From Auanema rhodensis (lineage: Eukaryota > Animalia > Nematoda), in contig OZ059899.1 in NCBI GenBank assembly GCA_964057225.1, forward strand, positions 3,286,001 to 3,350,000: a stretch of DNA of 64,000 bases, given 5' to 3'. The notes beneath the pieces are model-generated. The model had not been told where the DNA came from and searched no databases. It saw only the letters and a list, made by a program, of their open reading frames with translations. Of this stretch, positions 12,101-27,500 are shown one piece after another. The number at the start of each line of letters is the position of its first letter. Position 1 is the stretch's first letter. The position numbers and the translations under genes are program-made.

Positions 12101-14379
12101 GTCTATCGTCTTTGCCTTGAGAAATGGAATCTACAAACATCTACTTTTTGCTAAATTATTTTGAATTTTTTCGAAAAAATTTTTGTCAAAATGTTTTTGG
12201 AACCAATGTTGAGTGTACATGGAAACTCAACATACACTAATGCATCATTTTTCAAACGATCATAACTAATTTTTGTATTAAGCGTTTCTCAATGTAGTAT
12301 AGTGCATTCGATGCGGATTTTTAAGCTGCGTCGATCTGTGTTATCAGATTTGCGCTAGCTTAAAAATGCACCGAGATATCATTTGATATAAGTTCACACT
12401 TATATCCTCGATTTTCACCCTGAAGAAATAATTTTTTCGTTGAATAACATTGTCCATCGTCTTTGCCTTGAAAAAAGGAATCTAAAAACATCTACTTTTT
12501 GCTAAATTATTTTGAAATTTTTCGAAAAAATTTTTGTCAAAATGTTTTTGGAAGCAATGTTGAGTGTACATGGAAACTCAACATACACTAATGCATCATT
12601 TTTCAAACGATCATAACTAATTTTTGTATTAAGCGTTTCTCAATGAAGTATAGTGCATTCGATGCGGATTTTTAAGCTGCGTCGATCTGTGTTTTCAGAT
12701 TTGCGCTAGCTTAAAAATGCACCGAGATATCAACTGATATATGTTCACACTTATATCCTCGATTTTCACCCTGAAGAATTAATTTTTTCGTTGAATAACA
12801 TTGTCCATCGTCTTTGCCTTGAAAAATGGAATCTTAAAACATCTACTTTTTGCTAAATTATTTTGAAATTTTTCGAAAAAATTTTTGTCAAAATGTTTTT
12901 GGAAGCAATGTTGAGTGTACATGGAAACTCAACATACACTAATGCATCATTTTTCAAACGATCATAACTAATTTTTGTATCAAGTGTTTCTCAATGTAGT
13001 ATAGTGCATTCAATGCGGATTTTTAAGCTGCGTCGATCTGTGTTATCAGATTTGCGCTAGCTTAAAAATGCACCGAGATATCAACTGATATAAGTTCACA
13101 CTTATATCCTCGATTTTCACCCTGAAGAATTAATTTTTTCGTTGAATAACATTGTCCATCGTCTTTGCCTTGAAAAATGGAATCTAAAAACATCTACTTT
13201 TTGCTAAATTATTTTGAAATTTTTCGAAAAAATTTTTGTCAAAATGTTTTTGGAAGCAATGTTGAGTGTACATGGAAACTCAACATACACTAATGCATCA
13301 TTTTTCAAACGATCATAACTAATTTTTGTATTAAGCGTTTCTCAATGTAGTATAGTGCATTCGATGCGGATTTTCAAGCTGCGTCGATCTGTGTTATCAG
13401 ATTTGCGCTAGCTTAAAAATGCACCGAGATATCAACTGATATAAGTTCACACATATATACCCGATTTTCACCCTGAAGAATTAATTTTTTCGTTAAATAA
13501 CCTTGTCCATCGTTTTTGTCTTAAAAAATAGAATCTAAAAACATCTACTTTTTGCTAAATTATTTTGAAATTTTTCGAAAAAATTTTTGTCAAAATGTTT
13601 TTGGAAGCAATGTTGAGTGTACATGGAAACTCAACATACACTAATGCATCATTTTTCAAACGATCATAACTAATTTTTGTATTAAGCGTTTCTCAATGTA
13701 GTATAGTGCATTCGATGCGGATTTTCAAGCTGCGTCGATCTGTGTTATCAGATTTGCGCTAGCTTAAAAATGCACCGAGATATCAACTGATATAAGTTCA
13801 CACATATATACCCGATTTTCACCCTGAAGAATTAATTTTTTCGTTAAATAACCTTGTCCATCGTCTTTGTCTTGAAAAATAGAATCTTAAAACATCTACT
13901 TTTTGCTAAATTATTTTGAAATTTTTCGAAAAAATTTTTGTCAAAATGTTTTTGGAAGCAATGTTGAGTGTACATGGAAACTCAACATATACTAATGCAT
14001 CATTTTTCAAACGATCATAACTAATTTTTGTATCAAGTGTTTCTCAATGTAGTATAGTGCATTCGATGCGGATTTTTAAGTTGCGTCGATCTGTGTTATC
14101 AGATTTGCGCTAGCTTAAAAATGCACCGAGATATCAACTGATATAAGTTCACACTTATATCCTCGATTTTCACCCTGAAGAATTAATTTTTTCGTTGAAT
14201 AACATTGTCTATCGTCTTTGCCTTGAGAAATGGAATCTACAAACATCTACTTTTTGCTAAATTATTTTGAATTTTTTCGAAAAAATTTTTGTCAAAATGT
14301 TTTTGGAAGCAATGTTGAGTGTACATGGAAACTCAACATACACTAATGCATCATTTTTCAAACGATCATAACTAATTTT
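8413..14379. repeat. Duplicated 8-monomer block with 9-monomer (3159 bp) offset
   Basis: n25-32 versus n34-41. Rare markers recur 3159 bp apart: 37A (9853/13012), 109-110TT (9223/12382), 53T (10922/14081). Confidence 0.88.
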
Positions 14380-16836
14380 TGTATTAAGCGTTTCTCAATG
14401 TAGTATAGTGCATTCGATGCGGATTTTCAAGCTGCGTCGATCTGTGTTATCAGATTTGCGCTAGCTTAAAAATGCACCGAGATATCAACTGATATAAGTT
14501 CACACATATATACCCGATTTTCACCCTGAAGAATTAATTTTTTCGTTAAATAACCTTGTCCATCGTCTTTGTCTTGAAAAATAGAATCTTAAAACATCTA
14601 CTTTTTGCTAAATTATTTTGAAATTTTTCGAAAAAATTTTTGTCAAAATGTTTTTGGAAGCAATGTTGAGTGTACATGGAAACTCAACATATACTAATGC
14701 ATCATTTTTCAAACGATCATAACTAATTTTTGTATCAAGTGTTTCTCAATGTAGTATAGTGCATTCGATGCGGATTTTTAAGTTGCGTCGATCTGTGTTA
14801 TCAGATTTGCGCTAGCTTAAAAATGCACCGAGATATCAACTGATATAAGTTCACACTTATATCCTCGATTTTCACCCTGAAGAATTAATTTTTTCGTTAA
14901 ATAACCTTGTCCATCGTCTTTGTCTTGAAAAATAGAATCTTAAAACATCTACTTTTTGCTAAATTATTTTGAAATTTTTCGAAAAAATTTTTGTCAAAAT
15001 GTTTTTGGAAGCAATGTTGAGTGTACATGGAAACTCAACATATACTAATGCATCATTTTTCAAACGATCATAACTAATTTTTGTATCAAGTGTTTCTCAA
15101 TGTAGTATAGTGCATTCGATGCGGATTTTTAAGTTGCGTCGATCTGTGTTATCAGATTTGCGCTAGCTTAAAAATGCACCGAGATATCAACTGATATAAG
15201 TTCACACTTATATCCTCGATTTTCACCCTGAAGAATTAATTTTTTCGTTGAATAACATTGTCTATCGTCTTTGCCTTGAGAAATGGAATCTACAAACATC
15301 TACTTTTTGCTAAATTATTTTGAATTTTTTCGAAAAAATTTTTGTCAAAATGTTTTTGGAAGCAATGTTGAGTGTACATGGAAACTCAACATACACTAAT
15401 GCATCATTTTTCAAACGATCATAACTAATTTTTGTATTAAGCGTTTCTCAATGTAGTATAGTGCATTCGATGCGGATTTTCAAGCTGCGTCGATCTGTGT
15501 TATCAGATTTGCGCTAGCTTAAAAATGCACCGAGATATCAACTGATATAAGTTCACACATATATACCCGATTTTCACCCTGAAGAATTAATTTTTTCGTT
15601 AAATAACCTTGTCCATCGTCTTTGTCTTGAAAAATGGAATCTAAAAACATCTACTTTTTGCTAAATTATTTTGAAATTTTTCGAAAAAATTTTTGTCAAA
15701 ATGTTTTTGGAAGCAATGTTGAGTGTACATGGAAACTCAACATACACTAATGCATCATTTTTCAAACGATCATAACTAATTTTTGTATTAAGCGTTTCTC
15801 AATGTAGTATAGTGCATTCGATGCGGATTTTTAAGCTGCGTCGATCTGTGTTATCAGATTTGCGCTAGCTTAAAAATGCACCGAGATATCATTTGATATA
15901 AGTTCACACTTATATCCTCGATTTTCACCCTGAAGAAATAATTTTTTCGTTGAATAACATTGTCCATCGTCTTTGCCTTGAAAAAAGGAATCTAAAAACA
16001 TCTACTTTTTGCTAAATTATTTTGAAATTTTTCGAAAAAATTTTTGTCAAAATGTTTTTGGAAGCAATGTTGAGTGTACATGGAAACTCAACATACACTA
16101 ATGCATCATTTTTCAAACGATCATAACTAATTTTTGTATTAAGCGTTTCTCAATGAAGTATAGTGCATTCGATGCGGATTTTTAAGCTGCGTCGATCTGT
16201 GTTTTCAGATTTGCGCTAGCTTAAAAATGCACCGAGATATCAACTGATATATGTTCACACTTATATCCTCGATTTTCACCCTGAAGAATTAATTTTTTCG
16301 TTGAATAACATTGTCCATCGTCTTTGCCTTGAAAAATGGAATCTTAAAACATCTACTTTTTGCTAAATTATTTTGAAATTTTTCGAAAAAATTTTTGTCA
16401 AAATGTTTTTGGAAGCAATGTTGAGTGTACATGGAAACTCAACATACACTAATGCATCATTTTTCAAACGATCATAACTAATTTTTGTATTAAGCGTTTC
16501 TCAATGTAGTATAGTGCATTCGATGCGGATTTTCAAGCTGCGTCGATCTGTGTTATCAGATTTGCGCTAGCTTAAAAATGCACCGAGATATCAACTGATA
16601 TAAGTTCACACATATATACCCGATTTTCACCCTGAAGAATTAATTTTTTCGTTAAATAACCTTGTCCATCGTCTTTGTCTTGAAAAATGGAATCTAAAAA
16701 CATCTACTTTTTGCTAAATTATTTTGAAATTTTTCGAAAAAATTTTTGTCAAAATGTTTTTGGAAGCAATGTTGAGTGTACATGGAAACTCAACATACAC
16801 TAATGCATCATTTTTCAAACGATCATAACTAATTTT

Positions 16837-18240
16837 TGTATTAAGCGTTTCTCAATGTAGTACAGTGCATTCGATGCGGATTTTCAAGCTGCGTCGATCT
16901 GTGTTTTCAGATTTGCGCTAGCTTAAAAATGCACCGAGATATCAACTGATATATGTTCACACTTATATCCTCGATTTTCACCCTGAAGAATTAATTTTTT
17001 CGTTGAATAACATTGTCCATCGTCTTTGCCTTGAAAAATGGAATCTAAAAACATCTACTTTTTGCTAAATTATTTTGAAATTTTTCGAAAAAATTTTTGT
17101 CAAAATGTTTTTGGAAGCAATGTTGAGTGTACATGGAAACTCAACATACACTAATGCATCATTTTTCAAACGATCATAACTAATTTTTGTATTAAGCGTT
17201 TCTCAATGTAGTACAGTGCATTCGATGCGGATTTTCAAGCTGCGTCGATCTGTGTTTTCAGATTTGCGCTAGCTTAAAAATGCACCGAGATATCAACTGA
17301 TATATGTTCACACTTATATCCTCGATTTTCACCCTGAAGAATTAATTTTTTCGTTGAATAACATTGTCCATCGTCTTTGCCTTGAAAAATGGAATCTAAA
17401 AACATCTACTTTTTGCTAAATTATTTTGAAATTTTTCGAAAAAATTTTTGTCAAAATGTTTTTGGAAGCAATGTTGAGTGTACATGGAAACTCAACATAC
17501 ACTAATGCATCATTTTTCAAACGATCATAACTAATTTTTGTATTAAGCGTTTCTCAATGTAGTACAGTGCATTCGATGCGGATTTTCAAGCTGCGTCGAT
17601 CTGTGTTTTCAGATTTGCGCTAGCTTAAAAATGCACCGAGATATCAACTGATATATGTTCACACTTATATCCTCGATTTTCACCCTGAAGAATTAATTTT
17701 TTCGTTGAATAACATTGTCCATCGTCTTTGCCTTGAAAAATGGAATCTAAAAACATCTACTTTTTGCTAAATTATTTTGAAATTTTTCGAAAAAATTTTT
17801 GTCAAAATGTTTTTGGAAGCAATGTTGAGTGTACATGGAAACTCAACATACACTAATGCATCATTTTTCAAACGATCATAACTAATTTTTGTATTAAGCG
17901 TTTCTCAATGTAGTACAGTGCATTCGATGCGGATTTTCAAGCTGCGTCGATCTGTGTTTTCAGATTTGCGCTAGCTTAAAAATGCACCGAGATATCAACT
18001 GATATATGTTCACACTTATATCCTCGATTTTCACCCTGAAGAATTAATTTTTTCGTTGAATAACATTGTCCATCGTCTTTGCCTTGAAAAATGGAATCTA
18101 AAAACATCTACTTTTTGCTAAATTATTTTGAAATTTTTCGAAAAAATTTTTGTCAAAATGTTTTTGGAAGCAATGTTGAGTGTACATGGAAACTCAACAT
18201 ACACTAATGCATCATTTTTCAAACGATCATAACTAATTTT
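16837..18240. repeat. Four apparently identical monomers (n49-52)
   Basis: Private 27C (16863, 17214, 17565, 17916) plus 49C, 70T, 118T on a B body. Confidence 0.92.
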
Positions 18241-18591
18241 TGTATTAAGCGTTTCTCAATGTAGTATAGTGCATTCGATGCGGATTTTCAAGCTGCGTCG
18301 ATCTGTGTTATCAGATTTGCGCTAGCTTAAAAATGCACCGAGATATCAACTGATATAAGTTCACACATATATACCCGATTTTCACCCTGAAGAATTAATT
18401 TTTTCGTTAAATAACCTTGTCCATCGTCTTTGTCTTGAAAAATAGAATCTTAAAACATCTACTTTTTGCTAAATTATTTTGAAATTTTTCGAAAAAATTT
18501 TTGTCAAAATGTTTTTGGAAGCAATGTTGAGTGTACATGGAAACTCAACATATACTAATGCATGATTTTTCAAACGATCATAACTAATTTT

Positions 18592-21500
18592 TGTATCAAG
18601 TGTTTCTCAATGTAGTATAGTGCATTCGATGCGGATTTTTAGGCTGCGTCGATCTGTGTTATCAGATTTGCGCTAGCTCAAAAATGCACCGAGATATCAA
18701 CTGATATAAGTTCACACTTATATCCTCGATTTTCACCCTGAAGAAATAATTTTTTCGTTGAATAACATTGTCCATCGTCTTTGCCTTGAAAAAAGGAATC
18801 TAAAAACATCTACTTTTTGCTAAATTATTTTGAAATTTTTCGAAAAAATTTTTGTCAAAATGTTTTTGGAAGCAATGTTGAGTGTACATGGAAACTCAAC
18901 ATACACTAATGCATCATTTTTCAAACGATCATAACTAATTTTTGTATTAAGCGTTTCTCAATGAAGTATAGTGCATTCGATGCGGATTTTTAAGCTGCGT
19001 CGATCTGTGTTTTCAGATTTGCGCTAGCTTAAAAATGCACCGAGATATCAACTGATATATGTTCACACTTATATCCTCGATTTTCACCCTGAAGAATTAA
19101 TTTTTTCGTTGAATAACATTGTCCATCGTCTTTGCCTTGAAAAATGGAATCTAAAAACATCTACTTTTTGCTAAATTATTTTGAAATTTTTCGAAAAAAT
19201 TTTTGTCAAAATGTTTTTGGAAGCAATGTTGAGTGTACATGGAAACTCAACATACACTAATGCATCATTTTTCAAACGATCATAACTAATTTTTGTATTA
19301 AGCGTTTCTCAATGTAGTATAGTGCATTCGATGCGGATTTTCAAGCTGCGTCGATCTGTGTTATCAGATTTGCGCTAGCTTAAAAATGCACCGAGATATC
19401 AACTGATATAAGTTCACACATATATACCCGATTTTCACCCTGAAGAATTAATTTTTTCGTTAAATAACCTTGTCCATCGTCTTTGTCTTGAAAAATAGAA
19501 TCTAAAAACATCTACTTTTTGCTAAATTATTTTGAAATTTTTCGAAAAAATTTTTGTCAAAATGTTTTTGGAAGCAATGTTGAGTGTACATGGAAACTCA
19601 ACATACACTAATGCATCATTTTTCAAACGATCATAACTAATTTTTGTATTAAGCGTTTCTCAATGTAGTATAGTGCATTCGATGCGGATTTTCAAGCTGC
19701 GTCGATCTGTGTTATCAGATTTGCGCTAGCTTAAAAATGCACCGAGATATCAACTGATATAAGTTCACACATATATACCCGATTTTCACCCTGAAGAATT
19801 AATTTTTTCGTTAAATAACCTTGTCCATCGTCTTTGTCTTGAAAAATAGAATCTAAAAACATCTACTTTTTGCTAAATTATTTTGAAATTTTTCGAAAAA
19901 ATTTTTGTCAAAATGTTTTTGGAAGCAATGTTGAGTGTACATGGAAACTCAACATATACTAATGCATCATTTTTCAAACGATCATAACTAATTTTTGTAT
20001 CAAGTGTTTCTCAATGTAGTATAGTGCATTCGATGCGGATTTTTAAGCTGCGTCGATCTGTGTTATCAGATTTGCGCTAGCTTAAAAATTCACCGAGATA
20101 TCAACTGATATAAGTTCACACATATATACCCGATTTTCACCCTGAAGAATTAATTTTTTCGTTAAATAACCTTGTCCATCGTTTTTGTCTTAAAAAATAG
20201 AATCTAAAAACATCTACTTTTTGCTAAATTATTTTGAAATTTTTCGAAAAAATTTTTGTCAAAATGTTTTTGGAAGCAATGTTGAGTGTACATGGAAACT
20301 CAACATACACTAATGCATCATTTTTCAAACGATCATAACTAATTTTTGTATTAAGCGTTTCTCAATGTAGTATAGTGCATTCGATGCGGATTTTCAAGCT
20401 GCGTCGATCTGTGTTATCAGATTTGCGCTAGCTTAAAAATTCACCGAGATATCAACTGATATAAGTTCACACATATATACCCGATTTTCACCCTGAAGAA
20501 TTAATTTTTTCGTTAAATAACCTTGTCCATCGTCTTTGTCTTGAAAAATAGAATCTTAAAACATCTACTTTTTGCTAAATTATTTTGAAATTTTTCGAAA
20601 AAATTTTTGTCAAAATGTTTTTGGAAGCAATGTTGAGTGTACATGGAAACTCAACATATACTAATGCATCATTTTTCAAACGATCATAACTAATTTTTGT
20701 ATCAAGTGTTTCTCAATGTAGTATAGTGCATTCGATGCGGATTTTTAAGCTGCGTCGATCTGTGTTATCAGATTTGCACTAGCTTAAAAATGCACCGAGA
20801 TATCAACTGATATAAGTTCACACTTATATCCTCGATTTTCACCCTGAAGAAATAATTTTTTCGTTGAATAACATTGTCCATCGTCTTTGCCTTGAAAAAA
20901 GGAATCTAAAAACATCTACTTTTTGCTAAATTATTTTGAAATTTTTCGAAAAAATTTTTGTCAAAATGTTTTTGGAAGCAATGTTGAGTGTACATGGAAA
21001 CTCAACATACACTAATGCATCATTTTTCAAACGATCATAACTAATTTTTGTATTAAGCGTTTCTCAATGAAGTATAGTGCATTCGATGCGGATTTTTAAG
21101 CTGCGTCGATCTGTGTTTTCAGATTTGCGCTAGCTTAAAAATGCACCGAGATATCAACTGATATATGTTCACACTTATATCCTCGATTTTCACCCTGAAG
21201 AATTAATTTTTTCGTTGAATAACATTGTCCATCGTCTTTGTCTTGAAAAATAGAATCTTAAAACATCTACTTTTTGCTAAATTATTTTGAAATTTTTCGA
21301 AAAAATTTTTGTCAAAATGTTTTTGGAAGCAATGTTGAGTGTACATGGAAACTCAACATATACTAATGCATCATTTTTCAAACGATCATAACTAATTTTT
21401 GTATCAAGTGTTTCTCAATGTAGTATAGTGCATTCGATGCGGATTTTCAAGCTGCGTCGATCTGTGTTATCAGATTTGCGCTAGCTTAAAAATGCACCGA

Positions 21501-24500
21501 GATATCAACTGATATAAGTTCACACATATATACCCGATTTTCACCCTGAAGAATTAATTTTTTCGTTAAATAACCTTGTCCATCGTCTTTGTCTTGAAAA
21601 ATAGAATCTTAAAACATCTACTTTTTGCTAAATTATTTTGAAATTTTTCGAAAAAATTTTTGTCAAAATGTTTTTGGAAGCAATGTTGAGTGTACATGGA
21701 AACTCAACATATACTAATGCATCATTTTTCAAACGATCATAACTAATTTTTGTATCAAGTGTTTCTCAATGTAGTATAGTGCATTCGATGCGGATTTTTA
21801 AGCTGCGTCGATCTGTGTTATCAGATTTGCGCTAGCTCAAAAATGCACCGAGATATCAACTGATATAAGTTCACACTTATATCCTCGATTTTCACCCTGA
21901 AGAAATAATTTTTTCGTTGAATAACATTGTCCATCGTCTTTGCCTTGAAAAAAGGAATCTAAAAACATCTACTTTTTGCTAAATTATTTTGAAATTTTTC
22001 GAAAAAATTTTTGTCAAAATGTTTTTGGAAGCAATGTTGAGTGTACATGGAAACTCAACATACACTAATGCATCATTTTTCAAACGATCATAACTAATTT
22101 TTGTATTAAGCGTTTCTCAATGAAGTATAGTGCATTCGATGCGGATTTTTAAGCTGCGTCGATCTGTGTTTTCAGATTTGCGCTAGCTTAAAAATGCACC
22201 GAGATATCAACTGATATATGTTCACACTTATATCCTCGATTTTCACCCTGAAGAATTAATTTTTTCGTTGAATAACATTGTCCATCGTCTTTGCCTTGAA
22301 AAATGGAATCTAAAAACATCTACTTTTTGCTAAATTATTTTGAAATTTTTCGAAAAAATTTTTGTCAAAATGTTTTTGGAAGCAATGTTGAGTGTACATG
22401 GAAACTCAACATACACTAATGCATCATTTTTCAAACGATCATAACTAATTTTTGTATTAAGCGTTTCTCAATGTAGTATAGTGCATTCGATGCGGATTTT
22501 CAAGCTGCGTCGATCTGTGTTATCAGATTTGCGCTAGCTTAAAAATGCACCGAGATATCAACTGATATAAGTTCACACATATATACCCGATTTTCACCCT
22601 GAAGAATTAATTTTTTCGTTAAATAACCTTGTCCATCGTCTTTGTCTTGAAAAATAGAATCTAAAAACATCTACTTTTTGCTAAATTATTTTGAAATTTT
22701 TCGAAAAAATTTTTGTCAAAATGTTTTTGGAAGCAATGTTGAGTGTACATGGAAACTCAACATACACTAATGCATCATTTTTCAAACGATCATAACTAAT
22801 TTTTGTATTAAGCGTTTCTCAATGTAGTATAGTGCATTCGATGCGGATTTTCAAGCTGCGTCGATCTGTGTTATCAGATTTGCGCTAGCTTAAAAATGCA
22901 CCGAGATATCAACTGATATAAGTTCACACATATATACCCGATTTTCACCCTGAAGAATTAATTTTTTCGTTAAATAACCTTGTCCATCGTCTTTGTCTTG
23001 AAAAATAGAATCTAAAAACATCCACTTTTTGCTAAATTATTTTGAAATTTTTCGAAAAAATTTTTGTCAAAATGTTTTTGGAAGCAATGTTGAGTGTACA
23101 TGGAAACTCAACATATACTAATGCATCATTTTTCAAACGATCATAACTAATTTTTGTATCAAGTGTTTCTCAATGTAGTATAGTGCATTCGATGCGGATT
23201 TTTAAGCTGCGTCGATCTGTGTTATCAGATTTGCGCTAGCTTAAAAATGCACCGAGATATCAACTGATATAAGTTCACACATATATACCCGATTTTCACC
23301 CTGAAGAATTAATTTTTTCGTTAAATAACCTTGTCCATCGTTTTTGTCTTAAAAAATAGAATCTAAAAACATCTACTTTTTGCTAAATTATTTTGAAATT
23401 TTTCGAAAAAATTTTTGTCAAAATGTTTTTGGAAGCAATGTTGAGTGTACATGGAAACTCAACATACACTAATGCATCATTTTTCAAACGATCATAACTA
23501 ATTTTTGTATTAAGCGTTTCTCAATGTAGTATAGTGCATTCGATGCGGATTTTCAAGCTGCGTCGATCTGTGTTATCAGATTTGCGCTAGCTTAAAAATG
23601 CACCGAGATATCAACTGATATAAGTTCACACATATATACCCGATTTTCACCCTGAAGAATTAATTTTTTCGTTAAATAACCTTGTCCATCGTCTTTGTCT
23701 TGAAAAATAGAATCTTAAAACATCTACTTTTTGCTAAATTATTTTGAAATTTTTCGAAAAAATTTTTGTCAAAATGTTTTTGGAAGCAATGTTGAGTGTA
23801 CATGGAAACTCAACATATACTAATGCATCATTTTTCAAACGATCATAACTAATTTTTGTATCAAGTGTTTCTCAATGTAGTATAGTGCATTCGATGCGGA
23901 TTTTTAAGCTGCGTCGATCTGTGTTATCAGATTTGCGCTAGCTTAAAAATGCACCGAGATATCAACTGATATAAGTTCACACATATATACCCGATTTTCA
24001 CCCTGAAGAATTAATTTTTTCGTTAAATAACCTTGTCCATCGTTTTTGTCTTAAAAAATAGAATCTAAAAACATCTACTTTTTGCTAAATTATTTTGAAA
24101 TTTTTCGAAAAAATTTTTGTCAAAATGTTTTTGGAAGCAATGTTGAGTGTACATGGAAACTCAACATACACTAATGCATCATTTTTCAAACGATCATAAC
24201 TAATTTTTGTATTAAGCGTTTCTCAATGTAGTATAGTGCATTCGATGCGGATTTTCAAGCTGCGTCGATCTGTGTTATCAGATTTGCGCTAGCTTAAAAA
24301 TTCACCGAGATATCAACTGATATAAGTTCACACATATATACCCGATTTTCACCCTGAAGAATTAATTTTTTCGTTAAATAACCTTGTCCATCGTCTTTGT
24401 CTTGAAAAATAGAATCTTAAAACATCTACTTTTTGCTAAATTATTTTGAAATTTTTCGAAAAAATTTTTGTCAAAATGTTTTTGGAAGCAATGTTGAGTG

Positions 24501-27500
24501 TACATGGAAACTCAACATATACTAATGCATCATTTTTCAAACGATCATAACTAATTTTTGTATCAAGTGTTTCTCAATGTAGTATAGTGCATTCGATGCG
24601 GATTTTTAAGCTGCGTCGATCTGTGTTATCAGATTTGCGCTAGCTTAAAAATGCACCGAGATATCAACTGATATAAGTTCACACTTATATCCTCGATTTT
24701 CACCCTGAAGAAATAATTTTTTCGTTGAATAACATTGTCCATCGTCTTTGCCTTGAAAAAAGGAATCTAAAAACATCTACTTTTTGCTAAATTATTTTGA
24801 AATTTTTCGAAAAAATTTTTGTCAAAATGTTTTTGGAAGCAATGTTGAGTGTACATGGAAACTCAACATACACTAATGCATCATTTTTCAAACGATCATA
24901 ACTAATTTTTGTATTAAGCGTTTCTCAATGAAGTATAGTGCATTCGATGCGGATTTTTAAGCTGCGTCGATCTGTGTTTTCAGATTTGCGCTAGCTTAAA
25001 AATGCACCGAGATATCAACTGATATATGTTCACACTTATATCCTCGATTTTCACCCTGAAGAATTAATTTTTTCGTTGAATAACATTGTCCATCGTCTTT
25101 GTCTTGAAAAATAGAATCTTAAAACATCTACTTTTTGCTAAATTATTTTGAAATTTTTCGAAAAAATTTTTGTCAAAATGTTTTTGGAAGCAATGTTGAG
25201 TGTACATGGAAACTCAACATATACTAATGCATCATTTTTCAAACGATCATAACTAATTTTTGTATCAAGTGTTTCTCAATGTAGTATAGTGCATTCGATG
25301 CGGATTTTCAAGCTGCGTCGATCTGTGTTATCAGATTTGCGCTAGCTTAAAAATGCACCGAGATATCAACTGATATAAGTTCACACATATATACCCGATT
25401 TTCACCCTGAAGAATTAATTTTTTCGTTAAATAACCTTGTCCATCGTCTTTGTCTTGAAAAATAGAATCTTAAAACATCTACTTTTTGCTAAATTATTTT
25501 GAAATTTTTCGAAAAAATTTTTGTCAAAATGTTTTTGGAAGCAATGTTGAGTGTACATGGAAACTCAACATATACTAATGCATCATTTTTCAAACGATCA
25601 TAACTAATTTTTGTATCAAGTGTTTCTCAATGTAGTATAGTGCATTCGATGCGGATTTTTAAGCTGCGTCGATCTGTGTTATCAGATTTGCGCTAGCTCA
25701 AAAATGCACCGAGATATCAACTGATATAAGTTCACACTTATATCCTCGATTTTCACCCTGAAGAAATAATTTTTTCGTTGAATAACATTGTCCATCGTCT
25801 TTGCCTTGAAAAAAGGAATCTAAAAACATCTACTTTTTGCTAAATTATTTTGAAATTTTTCGAAAAAATTTTTGTCAAAATGTTTTTGGAAGCAATGTTG
25901 AGTGTACATGGAAACTCAACATACACTAATGCATCATTTTTCAAACGATCATAACTAATTTTTGTATTAAGCGTTTCTCAATGAAGTATAGTGCATTCGA
26001 TGCGGATTTTTAAGCTGCGTCGATCTGTGTTTTCAGATTTGCGCTAGCTTAAAAATGCACCGAGATATCAACTGATATATGTTCACACTTATATCCTCGA
26101 TTTTCACCCTGAAGAATTAATTTTTTCGTTGAATAACATTGTCCATCGTCTTTGCCTTGAAAAATGGAATCTAAAAACATCTACTTTTTGCTAAATTATT
26201 TTGAAATTTTTCGAAAAAATTTTTGTCAAAATGTTTTTGGAAGCAATGTTGAGTGTACATGGAAACTCAACATACACTAATGCATCATTTTTCAAACGAT
26301 CATAACTAATTTTTGTATTAAGCGTTTCTCAATGTAGTATAGTGCATTCGATGCGGATTTTCAAGCTGCGTCGATCTGTGTTATCAGATTTGCGCTAGCT
26401 TAAAAATGCACCGAGATATCAACTGATATAAGTTCACACATATATACCCGATTTTCACCCTGAAGAATTAATTTTTTCGTTAAATAACCTTGTCCATCGT
26501 CTTTGTCTTGAAAAATAGAATCTAAAAACATCTACTTTTTGCTAAATTATTTTGAAATTTTTCGAAAAAATTTTTGTCAAAATGTTTTTGGAAGCAATGT
26601 TGAGTGTACATGGAAACTCAACATACACTAATGCATCATTTTTCAAACGATCATAACTAATTTTTGTATTAAGCGTTTCTCAATGTAGTATAGTGCATTC
26701 GATGCGGATTTTCAAGCTGCGTCGATCTGTGTTATCAGATTTGCGCTAGCTTAAAAATGCACCGAGATATCAACTGATATAAGTTCACACATATATACCC
26801 GATTTTCACCCTGAAGAATTAATTTTTTCGTTAAATAACCTTGTCCATCGTCTTTGTCTTGAAAAATAGAATCTAAAAACATCTACTTTTTGCTAAATTA
26901 TTTTGAAATTTTTCGAAAAAATTTTTGTCAAAATGTTTTTGGAAGCAATGTTGAGTGTACATGGAAACTCAACATATACTAATGCATCATTTTTCAAACG
27001 ATCATAACTAATTTTTGTATCAAGTGTTTTTCAATGTAGTATAGTGCATTCGATGCGGATTTTTAAGCTGCGTCGATCTGTGTTATCAGATTTGCGCTAG
27101 CTTAAAAATGCACCGAGATATCAACTGATATAAGTTCACACATATATACCCGATTTTCACCCTGAAGAATTAATTTTTTCGTTAAATAACCTTGTCCATC
27201 GTTTTTGTCTTAAAAAATAGAATCTAAAAACATCTACTTTTTGCTAAATTATTTTGAAATTTTTCGAAAAAATTTTTGTCAAAATGTTTTTGGAAGCAAT
27301 GTTGAGTGTACATGGAAACTCAACATACACTAATGCATCATTTTTCAAACGATCATAACTAATTTTTGTATTAAGCGTTTCTCAATGTAGTATAGTGCAT
27401 TCGATGCGGATTTTCAAGCTGCGTCGATCTGTGTTATCAGATTTGCGCTAGCTTAAAAATGCACCGAGATATCAACTGATATAAGTTCACACATATATAC

